Below, piece after piece: positions 19,450 to 28,950 of a stretch of 64,000 nt of DNA (positions are counted from its first letter, which is position 1; the number at the start of each line of letters is the position of its first letter). The stretch is from Desulfobacterales bacterium (GTDB lineage: Bacteria > Desulfobacterota > Desulfobacteria > Desulfobacterales > UBA5616), in NCBI GenBank assembly GCA_046483495.1, contig JAWODC010000001.1, positions 64,001-128,000 of the forward strand, read 5' to 3'. Below the pieces are notes generated by a model that was not told where the DNA came from, did not search any database, and saw only the letters and a program-made list of their open reading frames with translations. Both the position numbers and the translations under genes were made by a program.

Positions 19450-20982
19450 ATGACTATTCATCAACGCAGGTATAAGCAGTTGGTTTTGGGGCAAGTTCTA
19501 TCCAGATGGGCGAGAAAGACGCCGAACAATGAAGCAATGGTTTTTAGGCATATTCGCTACACCTTCTTGGAATTCGATGACAGGGTAAACCGCCTGGCCA
19601 ACGGGCTGGCCGAGTTGGGTGTTCACAAGGGTGACCGGGTGGCGATTCTATTTACAAATTGCAACGAGTTGCTTGAAAGCTTTTATGCCGTTGCCAAGCT
19701 CGGGGGGATCTGTGTCCCGCTGAATTTCAGAATGACCGTCCCCGAATATGTATTTCAGCTTGAGCAGACAAGAGCAAAAGCAATTATATTTTTAAGCAAT
19801 TTCAGCAATTCCGTACAAAACGCCTGCCATGGCTTGACACATTTAAAGCACCGTATCTGTGTGGGTGAAAACGACACTAAAGGCGACCTGTCTTTTGAAT
19901 CGATTATTGAATCTAGCCCATCGGAAGAGCCCGAAGTAGATATTGATGATGATGACGTATTGATGATCATGTACACTTCCGGGACAACCGGCAATCCCAA
20001 GGGAGTGGTGATTACTCATAAGAATCTGATAATGGCTGCTATAAATTACCTGTATCACGGCGTCTCCGAAGGCAGTAAATTAATTGCGTTGCCCTTATTT
20101 CATATCGCCGGTTTTGTTGCCGTACTTGGAGCCACTTATTTTGGAAACAAGGTTATTCTTTTAGACAGCCCTGATCCTGAGCTGATCATGAAAATGATTC
20201 AGCTTGAAAAAATAGAAAATGTCGGACTCGTACCGGTTTTATGGAACCTTATCGTAAACCACCCTAAATTTTCTTCATACGACCTTTCCTCTGTCAGATA
20301 CGGGGGCACCGGGGCAGCCCCGACGCCCCTTTCATTGAAATTAAAGATTATTGATTCTTTTCCAAATATGGTCTTGTACGAAGCATTCGGTCAAACGGAA
20401 ACCTGCGCAATCGGGGGGTTTGCCGATACGGGTGATCTTATCAAACGGCCGGATTCCGCAGGTCGAATTGCATTCTACATCGAAGCCAGAATAGTAGATG
20501 AAGATGACAATGAGGTTCCACCTGGTGAAATCGGCGAAATTGTCTACCGGGGCCCGACATTAATGCGCGAGTATTTTGAAAATCCAGACGCCACGTCCAA
20601 CGCCTTCAAGAACGGATGGTTTCACAGCGGGGACCTTGTAAAACAGGATGAAGACGGTTATCTCTATGTCGTAGACAGGAAAAAAGATATCATTATCAGC
20701 GGCGGTGAGAATATCAGCGCTTGGGAAGTCGAGAACACTTTAAGCGCCCATCCCGATATCATGGAGGCTGCTGTAATCGGTGTTCCGGATGAAAAATGGG
20801 GTGAGAGCGTAAAAGCGTATGTAGTCCTTCGTCCCGGAGCAAAGATATTGGAAGATGACGTCATCTCATTTTGTAAAGGAAAAATCGCGGGATATAAAAA
20901 ACCCAGATATGTCGAATTTATAACAGAACTTCCACGCAATCCGGCGGGTAAAGTGAAAAAGTTCGTTCTTAAAGAGAGATAA
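19450..20982 (+). CDS. Acyl-CoA synthetase (AMP-forming, long-chain-fatty-acid-CoA-ligase-like)
   Basis: YTSGTTGNPKG, FGQTE, GWFHSGD, DRKKDIIISGGENI, LPRNPAGKV. Confidence 0.93.
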   Translation: MTIHQRRYKQLVLGQVLSRWARKTPNNEAMVFRHIRYTFLEFDDRVNRLANGLAELGVHKGDRVAILFTNCNELLESFYAVAKLGGICVPLNFRMTVPEYVFQLEQTRAKAIIFLSNFSNSVQNACHGLTHLKHRICVGENDTKGDLSFESIIESSPSEEPEVDIDDDDVLMIMYTSGTTGNPKGVVITHKNLIMAAINYLYHGVSEGSKLIALPLFHIAGFVAVLGATYFGNKVILLDSPDPELIMKMIQLEKIENVGLVPVLWNLIVNHPKFSSYDLSSVRYGGTGAAPTPLSLKLKIIDSFPNMVLYEAFGQTETCAIGGFADTGDLIKRPDSAGRIAFYIEARIVDEDDNEVPPGEIGEIVYRGPTLMREYFENPDATSNAFKNGWFHSGDLVKQDEDGYLYVVDRKKDIIISGGENISAWEVENTLSAHPDIMEAAVIGVPDEKWGESVKAYVVLRPGAKILEDDVISFCKGKIAGYKKPRYVEFITELPRNPAGKVKKFVLKER

Positions 20983-21139
20983 ATGTTGATTCGATTTATC
21001 TAATAAATTGAGCTGGTATGTCGAACACTTAAATTTCAGCCGGAAGCCTATGCCAATACAATTTAGCCGACTTGAATGCATATAGCGTGAATGCATCGGG
21101 CAAGAAATCCAATTTAAGAAATAAATAAAGACATAAACC

Positions 21140-21907
21140 ATGACGATCAACAAAGTGATTGACAGTTTTGAGAGTGCTGTAAAAGACGTATTCGACGGCG
21201 CCATCATCCTTATCGGCGGCTTTGGAAATCCGGGGGGGTGCCCGACATGGCTTATAAAAGCCCTCGGCAAACAGGGGGCAAAGAGCTTGACTGTAGTCGG
21301 AAATACACCGGGTTTTGGAAGGAAAATGATCGATGTGATGCGGAAATACGGTGATGTTGCCATGTTTCCTCACTGGTTTGAGGATGGCGGCTTGTTGGTA
21401 AGCAATGGTCAGGTCAAACATGCCATCTGCTCGTTTCCTGTCTCACCTTCCCCACTGGTAAAAACCGCATTTGAAGAAGCCTTGGGCGACGGCCGCATCA
21501 CTGTAGATTTATGCCCCCAAGGCACCTTGGCTGAACGTGTCCGCGCAGCTAAGATGGGAATCCCTGCTTTCTATTCCCCCATAGGACCTGGAACAATTAT
21601 CGAAAAAGGTAAAGAATTACGGGAGTTCGGAGGAAGCCCCCACGTTTTGGAGCATGCAATTAAGGGAGATTTTTCCCTGATTCGAGCATATAAAGCAGAT
21701 CGTCTTGGAAATCTTATATTCAGGGGCACATCAAGATCCCTGAACTCAACGTTTGCCGGAGCCTCGAAGATCACCATTGCAGAAGTCGATGAAGTCGTGG
21801 ATAATGGGAAACTGGACCCGGAAAGGATCGTAACTCCCGGCATATGGGTTGACCGAATTGTCGTAAGGCCTGAGCCGGGCCGGACCCGAAAGGTGCAAAA
21901 ATGGTAG
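21140..21907 (+). CDS. Class I CoA-transferase subunit A (3-oxoacid-CoA-transferase-like)
   Basis: IGGFG..GCP, PQGTLAERVRAA..GIPAF, ADRLGNL, TPGIWVD. Confidence 0.9.
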   Translation: MTINKVIDSFESAVKDVFDGAIILIGGFGNPGGCPTWLIKALGKQGAKSLTVVGNTPGFGRKMIDVMRKYGDVAMFPHWFEDGGLLVSNGQVKHAICSFPVSPSPLVKTAFEEALGDGRITVDLCPQGTLAERVRAAKMGIPAFYSPIGPGTIIEKGKELREFGGSPHVLEHAIKGDFSLIRAYKADRLGNLIFRGTSRSLNSTFAGASKITIAEVDEVVDNGKLDPERIVTPGIWVDRIVVRPEPGRTRKVQKW

Positions 21908-22569
21908 TTAAGCAAAGGCTGGATCGCGAAACCATAGCTCTCAGAGCAGCCAAAGAATTCCGGGATGGAAACGTCGTAAATTTAGGTGTCGGAATACCAA
22001 CCATGGCATCCAATTTTTTCCAACCGGATAAAGAGATTCTTTTTCATACGGAAAATGGGTGCCTGGGATTCGGGCCTATCGCCAATCCTGAACAGGCAGA
22101 TCTCGATTTGATAAATGCAAGCACCCAGGCCGTTACCGCATTGCCGGGCATGTCATTCTTCGATCATGCCGATTCATTCGGCATGATACGATGCGGAAGA
22201 ATCGATGTATGCGTGCTGGGAGGGCTGCAGGTGTCTGAAAGAGGAGACCTGGCCAACTGGATTACATCGGAAAGGAGTGTCGGAAACATCGGGGGCGGGA
22301 TGGACCTGGCATTTTGTGCCAAAAAACTAATTATCACGATGGAGCACATGACAAAGAACGGACAGCCAAAAATAGTAAGGGAATGCTCATACCCTCTAAC
22401 TGCAGCCCGTTGCGTTGACCTGATTATTACCGACATTGCTGTCGTAAAAGTAACGGATGCAGGTCTTGTTCTTAAAGAAGCGGCCTTCGGATGGACGGCG
22501 GATGACATCCAGAATCTGACCGAACCAATTTTTACGGTTTCCCCTGATTTCAAAGAAATGGAACTGTAG
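21901..22569 (+). CDS. Class I CoA-transferase subunit B
   Basis: VNLGVGIPT, catalytic TENG, LGGLQVS..GDLANW, GGGMDL. Confidence 0.92.
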   Translation: MVVKQRLDRETIALRAAKEFRDGNVVNLGVGIPTMASNFFQPDKEILFHTENGCLGFGPIANPEQADLDLINASTQAVTALPGMSFFDHADSFGMIRCGRIDVCVLGGLQVSERGDLANWITSERSVGNIGGGMDLAFCAKKLIITMEHMTKNGQPKIVRECSYPLTAARCVDLIITDIAVVKVTDAGLVLKEAAFGWTADDIQNLTEPIFTVSPDFKEMEL

Positions 22570-22701
22570 TTGATTTTTTCCAGAATTAAGAAAATCCACC
22601 TTGTTTCCATTAAATTTATTCGCAACCATGATAGTTTCATCATTGTCGTGTCTTGCTTAATATCGCCGATTGTTTTTCAAAAGCAGAGCAGTAGTTTTCT
22701 A

Positions 22702-24630
22702 TCAAACCAGGCAGCCGATTTCAAAACCTTCGGATATGGCTTGGGCAATCAGACCCGTGGATTTGCAGGATCCGATTATATAAATCTCCCATCCTGAATC
22801 AGAATATTCTTTCGGAATCTTATTCTCCTTCATGCCCGCGGCCAATACCACGGTGTCTGCATCCAGCGATATCTTGTTTTTTTCCTTATCCAGTATGGTT
22901 ACAGCATCGTCGCCGATTGCAAAAACCCTGCTCAATGTCATGATTTTCATTTTGTTTTTCATTCTTGAAAGGTTGCCCCAGCGCGATGTTATACCGGCAT
23001 CTTCCAAAACTGAATTCATCATCTCTACAACCGTTACGATATTACCCGAATCCGCTAAAAATTCGGCTGTTTCCATACCGACGAGACCGCCTCCGACCAC
23101 GATTACCTTTCCATGTGCCGACGTCTTTCCCGTCAGGATATCTATGGCGGTAACCACGTGTTTTTTATCCACACCAGGAATGTCGGGTATCAATTGTGAA
23201 GATCCTTGAGCCAATATCACCGTATCCGGCGACAGTGGCCTGATCCTATCGACCGTCATTTCCTTTTTTAAATAAATTTTGACACCCAACTGTTTCAAAA
23301 CGCTTTCATAATAAGGCACGATATTCTTCAGTTCATTCTTATGCGGTGGAATACATGCGATGTTTACCATCCCCCCCAGTGAAACGGATTTTTCATAAAC
23401 CGACACGTCATGCCCTCTCAATGCAGCCACACGTGCCGCCTCCATACCCGCAGGGCCGGCACCTACCACGACGACCTTTTTTGTTTTAGAGGCGTTTTTG
23501 ATTAAATTTTCGCCCTCGCGACCCAGTTCCGCGTTTAACGCACAGACTACACCCTTCTTTTCTGTGCCACGAAATTCAATCATCATTCGGTCAAAGCAGT
23601 GGCAGCAGGCAATACATTTTCTAATAGATTCAGATCTTCCTGTCTTTGCCTTTAGAACGAACTCCGGGTCACACAATAACGGCCTGCCCAAACCGATAAG
23701 ATCGGCGTCCCCCCTTTCAATGATTTCCGCCGCCAGATACGGGTCATTTATTCTTCCTACAGCGGCGACGGGAACATCAACCGTTTTCTTTATTTCCCTT
23801 GCCAGATAAGAAAAAGCACCCCTGGATACGAACATCGGCAACATGGGACGAGACGATTCATGCCAACCCGCCCAGATGTGAAGGCGGTCGGCACCCGCTT
23901 TGATCAGCATAGGCGCAATAGTCTTTGAGTCATCAAGGGTTTTTCCGCCTTTCATGCCGTCTTCGGCATCAAATTTGACACATATATTAAAATCTGGACC
24001 GGTCAAGCATCGTGTTTCTTTTAAAATGTCGGTAATAAACCTTGACCTTTTCTGAATATTTCCGCCGTATTTATCCTCTCGCCTGTTTGTAAGGGGCGAA
24101 AGGAACTGGCTGATAAGGTACCCGGAGCATCCACAAAATTCTACACCGTCAAATCCCGCTTTTTGTGCACGACATGCCGCAGTGGCAAATGCTTCGACGA
24201 GTTCGTCGACCTCATCCGTCGTAAGCTCGCGGGGAATTTCTCCCGTGTATTTTGAAACAACGGCGGATGGCGCCACGGACTGATGGCCGAGTATTCTTGA
24301 AAAGGCATAACGCCCTACATGATTCAACTGGCCGACTACTTTAGAGCCGGCTTTCTGTACCGCCTTCACAAGCGGAGCCAATGTCTTTATGTCGTCATCG
24401 ATTTCGAGACGTGGTTCATGCGCTATTCCGGCGCGCCCGCTTCTATGGACACTTATTTCCGCGGTTGTTATAAGTCCGACATCCCCTTTGGCCCTGGCAA
24501 CAAGATAATCTTGAAGTCGGTCCATCCCGTACCCGGTACCCATCGGTGCCATAAAGAACCGGTTTTTCAGCGTTAGGTTTTTCATTTCCAGAGGTTCGAA
24601 AAGAACTTGGAGATTTTCTTTCTTATTCAT
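22702..24630 (-). CDS. 2,4-dienoyl-CoA reductase (FadH)-like flavo-Fe-S oxidoreductase
   Basis: QLNHVGRY, GCSGYLISQFLSP, GWHES, CIACCHC..C, GAGPAGMEAA; paralog of 13107-15029. Confidence 0.88.
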   Translation of the reverse strand: MNKKENLQVLFEPLEMKNLTLKNRFFMAPMGTGYGMDRLQDYLVARAKGDVGLITTAEISVHRSGRAGIAHEPRLEIDDDIKTLAPLVKAVQKAGSKVVGQLNHVGRYAFSRILGHQSVAPSAVVSKYTGEIPRELTTDEVDELVEAFATAACRAQKAGFDGVEFCGCSGYLISQFLSPLTNRREDKYGGNIQKRSRFITDILKETRCLTGPDFNICVKFDAEDGMKGGKTLDDSKTIAPMLIKAGADRLHIWAGWHESSRPMLPMFVSRGAFSYLAREIKKTVDVPVAAVGRINDPYLAAEIIERGDADLIGLGRPLLCDPEFVLKAKTGRSESIRKCIACCHCFDRMMIEFRGTEKKGVVCALNAELGREGENLIKNASKTKKVVVVGAGPAGMEAARVAALRGHDVSVYEKSVSLGGMVNIACIPPHKNELKNIVPYYESVLKQLGVKIYLKKEMTVDRIRPLSPDTVILAQGSSQLIPDIPGVDKKHVVTAIDILTGKTSAHGKVIVVGGGLVGMETAEFLADSGNIVTVVEMMNSVLEDAGITSRWGNLSRMKNKMKIMTLSRVFAIGDDAVTILDKEKNKISLDADTVVLAAGMKENKIPKEYSDSGWEIYIIGSCKSTGLIAQAISEGFEIGCLV

Positions 24631-24650
24631 CTTTCTGCCCTTTTACGTAT

Positions 24651-26183
24651 TCACAATTTTTTGCCGCCATTTTTTTTTAAATGTCTTTTTAATATCTTCC
24701 CAAGCGCATTTCTCGGGAAAAATGACGGTTCAACGACTTCGATCGTTTCAATAGCTTTGTATTTTGCCAACTTTCGATTAGCCTCTTGTCTGATATCTTC
24801 TTTATCATCAGCTGCTTCATTTTTCAAAACAACAAACGCCTTCGGTATCTCACCCAGGCGATCATGAGGTATTCCGATTATGGCGGTTTCCACCACACGT
24901 GAATCCTCCAGGAGTATGCGTTCAAGTTCGGCCGGATACACATTGAACCCACCCCGGATTATCATGTCTTTTTTTCGATCGATGATATGCAAATTCCCGG
25001 CCCCGTCAATATATCCCATGTCACCGGTATCCAGCCATCCATTTCTTATTGCCGCCTGGGTTTCAGATGGGTTGTTCCAGTAATACATCATGGCCCGTTC
25101 GGTACCAATCTCAATTGCTCCCACCTCTTCGGAGTCAATTTCTTTTTCTCCATCTTTGGTGAGCCTTAACCTAATGTAAGGCAGTGGTTTGCCGACAGAA
25201 GTGCCCACAGCCGGCGTTTTGGGGTTTTCACATGCAGCGATTAGAGAAATTTCAGTCAATCCATAACAATGAATGATCCTGAAGTTATAGACCTCTTCAA
25301 ACCGGCTTCGCAACGAAGGGCCAAGGGGAGATCCTGCACAAATGCCGAAGCGAACGGAGGACAAATCAGACGCCGAACCAGAATCGTATATCATTTGATA
25401 AATGGTCGGCACACCCGCAAAAAACGTTGCTTTTTCTTTCTCCAGATTTTTGAGGAAAACCCTGATATCGAATTTTTCGAGAATAACGAGTTTTCCACCC
25501 ACAAGCAACGAAAGCCCCACATGAATTAAGTAAGCAACAAGCTGAAAAAAAGGAAGGGCTGCAAGAAATACATCTTCACTGTTGAAACCGAGGTAATCCC
25601 TTATCCCGGAAAGGTGTCTTACTATGTTTTCATGCGAGTGGACCGCCCCTTTGGGAAATCCGGTAGTTCCCGAGGTATAAGCAATAACAGCAATATCTTC
25701 TGAATGAACATTTATATCCAGAGGTGGAATATCATCGAGGCAAATTTTTTCAAAAGAAAGAATGGCCGCGAAGGAATTTCTCTCATATGACAAAGCGTAG
25801 AATTGAGATGTTAGGTTCAAAGGTGCGCCGTCGTATAAAACGGAATCCAAATACGTTCGATTTGCCAACAGCACCTTTATTCCTGCATCCTTCAGAATAT
25901 AATTCACCTCGCTTTTGGTAAACATTACATTTATACTCACCGATATTAAACCCAGCTTCATTGCGGCGTAAAAGCATACGATAAATTCGGGGCAATTATG
26001 CATCAATATTCCAATTCGATCGCCCTTGTTTAATCCAATTTTTTGAAACCAGGCGGCAGCGCATTCGATTCTTCTCAGCAATTCCGAATAGCTGATATGA
26101 ACTCCATTGTAACTTATGGCGGTCTTATCGGGATAACACTCGGCAGATTCTTTTACCGTAGTATATAAATGTCTGTTTTTCAT
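24651..26183 (-). CDS. Acyl-CoA synthetase (AMP-forming)
   Basis: YTSGTTGFPKG, YGLTE, GWLDTGD, DRKKDMIIRGGFNVYP, PRNALGKI. Confidence 0.92.
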   Translation of the reverse strand: MKNRHLYTTVKESAECYPDKTAISYNGVHISYSELLRRIECAAAWFQKIGLNKGDRIGILMHNCPEFIVCFYAAMKLGLISVSINVMFTKSEVNYILKDAGIKVLLANRTYLDSVLYDGAPLNLTSQFYALSYERNSFAAILSFEKICLDDIPPLDINVHSEDIAVIAYTSGTTGFPKGAVHSHENIVRHLSGIRDYLGFNSEDVFLAALPFFQLVAYLIHVGLSLLVGGKLVILEKFDIRVFLKNLEKEKATFFAGVPTIYQMIYDSGSASDLSSVRFGICAGSPLGPSLRSRFEEVYNFRIIHCYGLTEISLIAACENPKTPAVGTSVGKPLPYIRLRLTKDGEKEIDSEEVGAIEIGTERAMMYYWNNPSETQAAIRNGWLDTGDMGYIDGAGNLHIIDRKKDMIIRGGFNVYPAELERILLEDSRVVETAIIGIPHDRLGEIPKAFVVLKNEAADDKEDIRQEANRKLAKYKAIETIEVVEPSFFPRNALGKILKRHLKKNGGKKL

Positions 26184-26205
26184 CCTTGTTGTACCATTAA
26201 TTTGA

Positions 26206-26239
26206 AACCGGTATCCGAAACCATTTCGAAATACCGGTT
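26206..26239. other. Intergenic inverted repeat / stem-loop inside the operon
   Basis: AACCGGTAT-ccgaaaccatttcgaa-ATACCGGTT; no U-tract follows. Confidence 0.5.
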
Positions 26240-26273
26240 CTGTCTAAAAAATCGTTCACATTCAAATCGGCCT

Positions 26274-27065
26274 TTATTTCACGTTTTTAGTATCTCCCTT
26301 AAGAAATCTTTCAAAGGCCCCTTGCATAAACTTGGTCGCAAAAATTGCCGGCATGAACCTCTCGGCCTCTTGATAACCTTCAATTGCCTTACGGTTTAAT
26401 ATCTGTTTAATATATGTCTTGGAAACGGCACTTTTGGAACCAATTTTCTTTGCCAACTCCTCGCATTTGGGCATCAATTCATCATCTTCATAAACGTCGA
26501 TTACCATGCCTAACTTCTTGGCCTCTTCCGCGGGCACTTCCGAGGCGGACATGCAAAGATAGGCCACTACGTTTTTTCCATATTTTTCCAATCCGCGGGT
26601 AACCGCCCAGGCGGGAAGCGCGCCGTGATTTATCTCCTTCAGTGCAAATTTGGCGCTTTTGGAAGCAAAAACCATATCACAGCAGCCGGATATCTCCAAA
26701 CCAAAACCAAAGGCCGCGCCGTTAACGGCCGCTATAACCGGCGTTTCAGACAGTTCGATAGCCTTAAAAGGGATAAAACAGAGCTTTATGAAATCAAATC
26801 CCGCCTCTATTTTACCCACGCTTGCGAACTGCTCGACATCCGCTCCGGCGGAAAATACCGGAAAAGGCGTTCCCTTTTTGGGATGAGTGAACGTTTGACC
26901 AGTCAGTATAATACAGCCGACATTTTTATCATTGTCCAATTCGTTCACAGCAGTCCCGATTTCGCGAAACAGCTGGTCGTTGGCAGCATTGAATTTATCT
27001 GGACGATTGATGGTGATAATTGCGTAATTTTCTTTTTTTTCTACTTTGACGACTTCATATTCCAT
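26274..27065 (-). CDS. Enoyl-CoA hydratase/isomerase family protein
   Basis: NRPDKFNA, FSAGAD, AVNGAAFGFGLE, KEINHG. Confidence 0.88.
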   Translation of the reverse strand: MEYEVVKVEKKENYAIITINRPDKFNAANDQLFREIGTAVNELDNDKNVGCIILTGQTFTHPKKGTPFPVFSAGADVEQFASVGKIEAGFDFIKLCFIPFKAIELSETPVIAAVNGAAFGFGLEISGCCDMVFASKSAKFALKEINHGALPAWAVTRGLEKYGKNVVAYLCMSASEVPAEEAKKLGMVIDVYEDDELMPKCEELAKKIGSKSAVSKTYIKQILNRKAIEGYQEAERFMPAIFATKFMQGAFERFLKGDTKNVK

Positions 27066-27099
27066 TTTTCTTCGCTACTCCTTTTTCAGGTAAATGTTT

Positions 27100-28899
27100 T
27101 TAAACGGCGTCCCATTCTTTTTGAATGATGGCGGGAAGCTTTTGAGCCCTTTCTTTTCCGCTCATAAAATCAAGAAAGCGTATGCCCTGGGGATCTAAAG
27201 CCTTAATCAGTTCAACCTGCTGTAATGTCGGAGCGTCCGTCTCGGGACAATTGGCCGGAATTTCAACCCCGAACCCCGTGTTGTCAATTACATCCTTTTC
27301 GTTTACACCTTTATGAAGAGATCTTACAATCCACCTGCCGCGTTCAACCATTTCCATTACGCAAAGGTTTGTAATTACCATTACCGGTCCGGGTTTCAAG
27401 CCTTGGGCCTTCCGCTCTTCATCGGTAAAGTAGTACCGCGTACCTGTAATGTAATTGACCTTCGGAACAAAAACCTGCTTTGAATGTACAGCAAAATAGG
27501 CTACTGATTTTCTATGAAGTCCGAAAACAACCGGTGCTCCTGCCCCGCCGGGAAGTCTCAGCCCCCTGGGATTCCATTCCCCTGTCGGGTTCCCATCGGC
27601 GTCCCTGACCGGAAGGGCCAACCATGATATATTGATATCTCCATTAACGTCCATCTGGGCACTTGAAACCGCCTCGACATCTCCTTCGCCCCGATTGTGA
27701 AGCGCTTCAATACATTCCGTCATAGACCACAAGCCGGAACTGAATGCGGTGCATGCCATTTCAGATGTGTGAAATCCAAGTTTGAAAGGCAAAGGGTCTA
27801 CACCACTGTACCCGACTATAAAGGCATTCGGGGCATGGGTCAGTTTTGCCAGCATATAAGCCGCGTATGCCAATGGCGTAAAAGATCCCAGGACTATGGC
27901 ATCCTCATCCTCGATAACGGCGGCAATTGCGGCAAGCATCTGGTCCGCGGCATCGAATTGCTGGGCTTTTTCGATATCCAGTGATTCCGGGAAATCAATC
28001 CGATGAATCGTTTTTGAAAGCCTTTTCAGATTATCCTTCGCTTCCTGCCCACCGACCATTCCCCAGTATTCATCTTCTGAAGCGCCTATCATTTTGAGTG
28101 CGTATTCCTTGGCCGTCCTTGGATTCAATCCCTGCAGATCCTTCAGCATCTGAACCAAATGCTGGGGATAGTACGGTACACAACTACAGGGGCTAGCGCC
28201 CATTGGGCAATGAATCACAAGATCGATCTCATTTCGAAAAAGCTTCGTCGCGGATTTGTCCGCTCGTATCTCTTCTTCCGAAATAATTTCCTCGACTGTA
28301 GCGATCACCTTTTTAGCGGCCTTTGCCATGTCGATATCGGATCCGGATGTACCGAAGATCTGAACATTTCCGGATCGGTCCGAACGCTGCGCATGAATAA
28401 CAGCCACATCCGGCGAAATGGCCTCGATCGCCGTCAGTTCCTTTCCGGTGAATGGACATTTTACGGTTTTATACAGGTGCGGCGCCTCCTTGATGATGTC
28501 AGATCCCGTCGGTCCTTTAAATGCGGCAAAAGGCAGGCCAAGGCCGGCTGCTTCAAGTCCCTTGATCATGCTGCATCCCTCGATTTCGGTCAGCTTGATC
28601 AATCCTTTTTCCGCAACTCTGCGAAAGTTCGGCGGCAGGCCAAATGCTTCGAGACTTAAAAAACTGAAAATCAAATGATCAACGGCATCAGCGCCTATAA
28701 GCCATTCCATTTCCCATCCGCCGGTTATTGACATAACGGTGAGCCCATCGATTTTCTGTCTGATAATTTCACGAATAACGGCCATGGGTTTATTGCAGCT
28801 CCAGCCTCCACCGATGCCGACAAATGAACCGGGAGTAATAATTTTTCCGATATCCGATAATTCACCAATTTTTGATTTTAACTCAATTTTAGAGCTCAT
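27100..28899 (-). CDS. Fused CoA-transferase-like protein (GctAB/IpdAB-type alpha+beta)
   Basis: Alpha half GIGG....KPMA, GLEAAGLGLPF, CPFTG, PDVAVIHAQ.SD..GN; beta half LAKLTHAP, AQMD.NG.IN, RLPGGAG, VITNL. Start 28899 (AGGAGG spacing) or 28908. Confidence 0.8.
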   Translation of the reverse strand: MSSKIELKSKIGELSDIGKIITPGSFVGIGGGWSCNKPMAVIREIIRQKIDGLTVMSITGGWEMEWLIGADAVDHLIFSFLSLEAFGLPPNFRRVAEKGLIKLTEIEGCSMIKGLEAAGLGLPFAAFKGPTGSDIIKEAPHLYKTVKCPFTGKELTAIEAISPDVAVIHAQRSDRSGNVQIFGTSGSDIDMAKAAKKVIATVEEIISEEEIRADKSATKLFRNEIDLVIHCPMGASPCSCVPYYPQHLVQMLKDLQGLNPRTAKEYALKMIGASEDEYWGMVGGQEAKDNLKRLSKTIHRIDFPESLDIEKAQQFDAADQMLAAIAAVIEDEDAIVLGSFTPLAYAAYMLAKLTHAPNAFIVGYSGVDPLPFKLGFHTSEMACTAFSSGLWSMTECIEALHNRGEGDVEAVSSAQMDVNGDINISWLALPVRDADGNPTGEWNPRGLRLPGGAGAPVVFGLHRKSVAYFAVHSKQVFVPKVNYITGTRYYFTDEERKAQGLKPGPVMVITNLCVMEMVERGRWIVRSLHKGVNEKDVIDNTGFGVEIPANCPETDAPTLQQVELIKALDPQGIRFLDFMSGKERAQKLPAIIQKEWDAV

Positions 28900-28950
28900 G
28901 GGATTCATCCTCCTGTTCTGCTAATCATTCTGCGATTTGGCTCTTCCATC

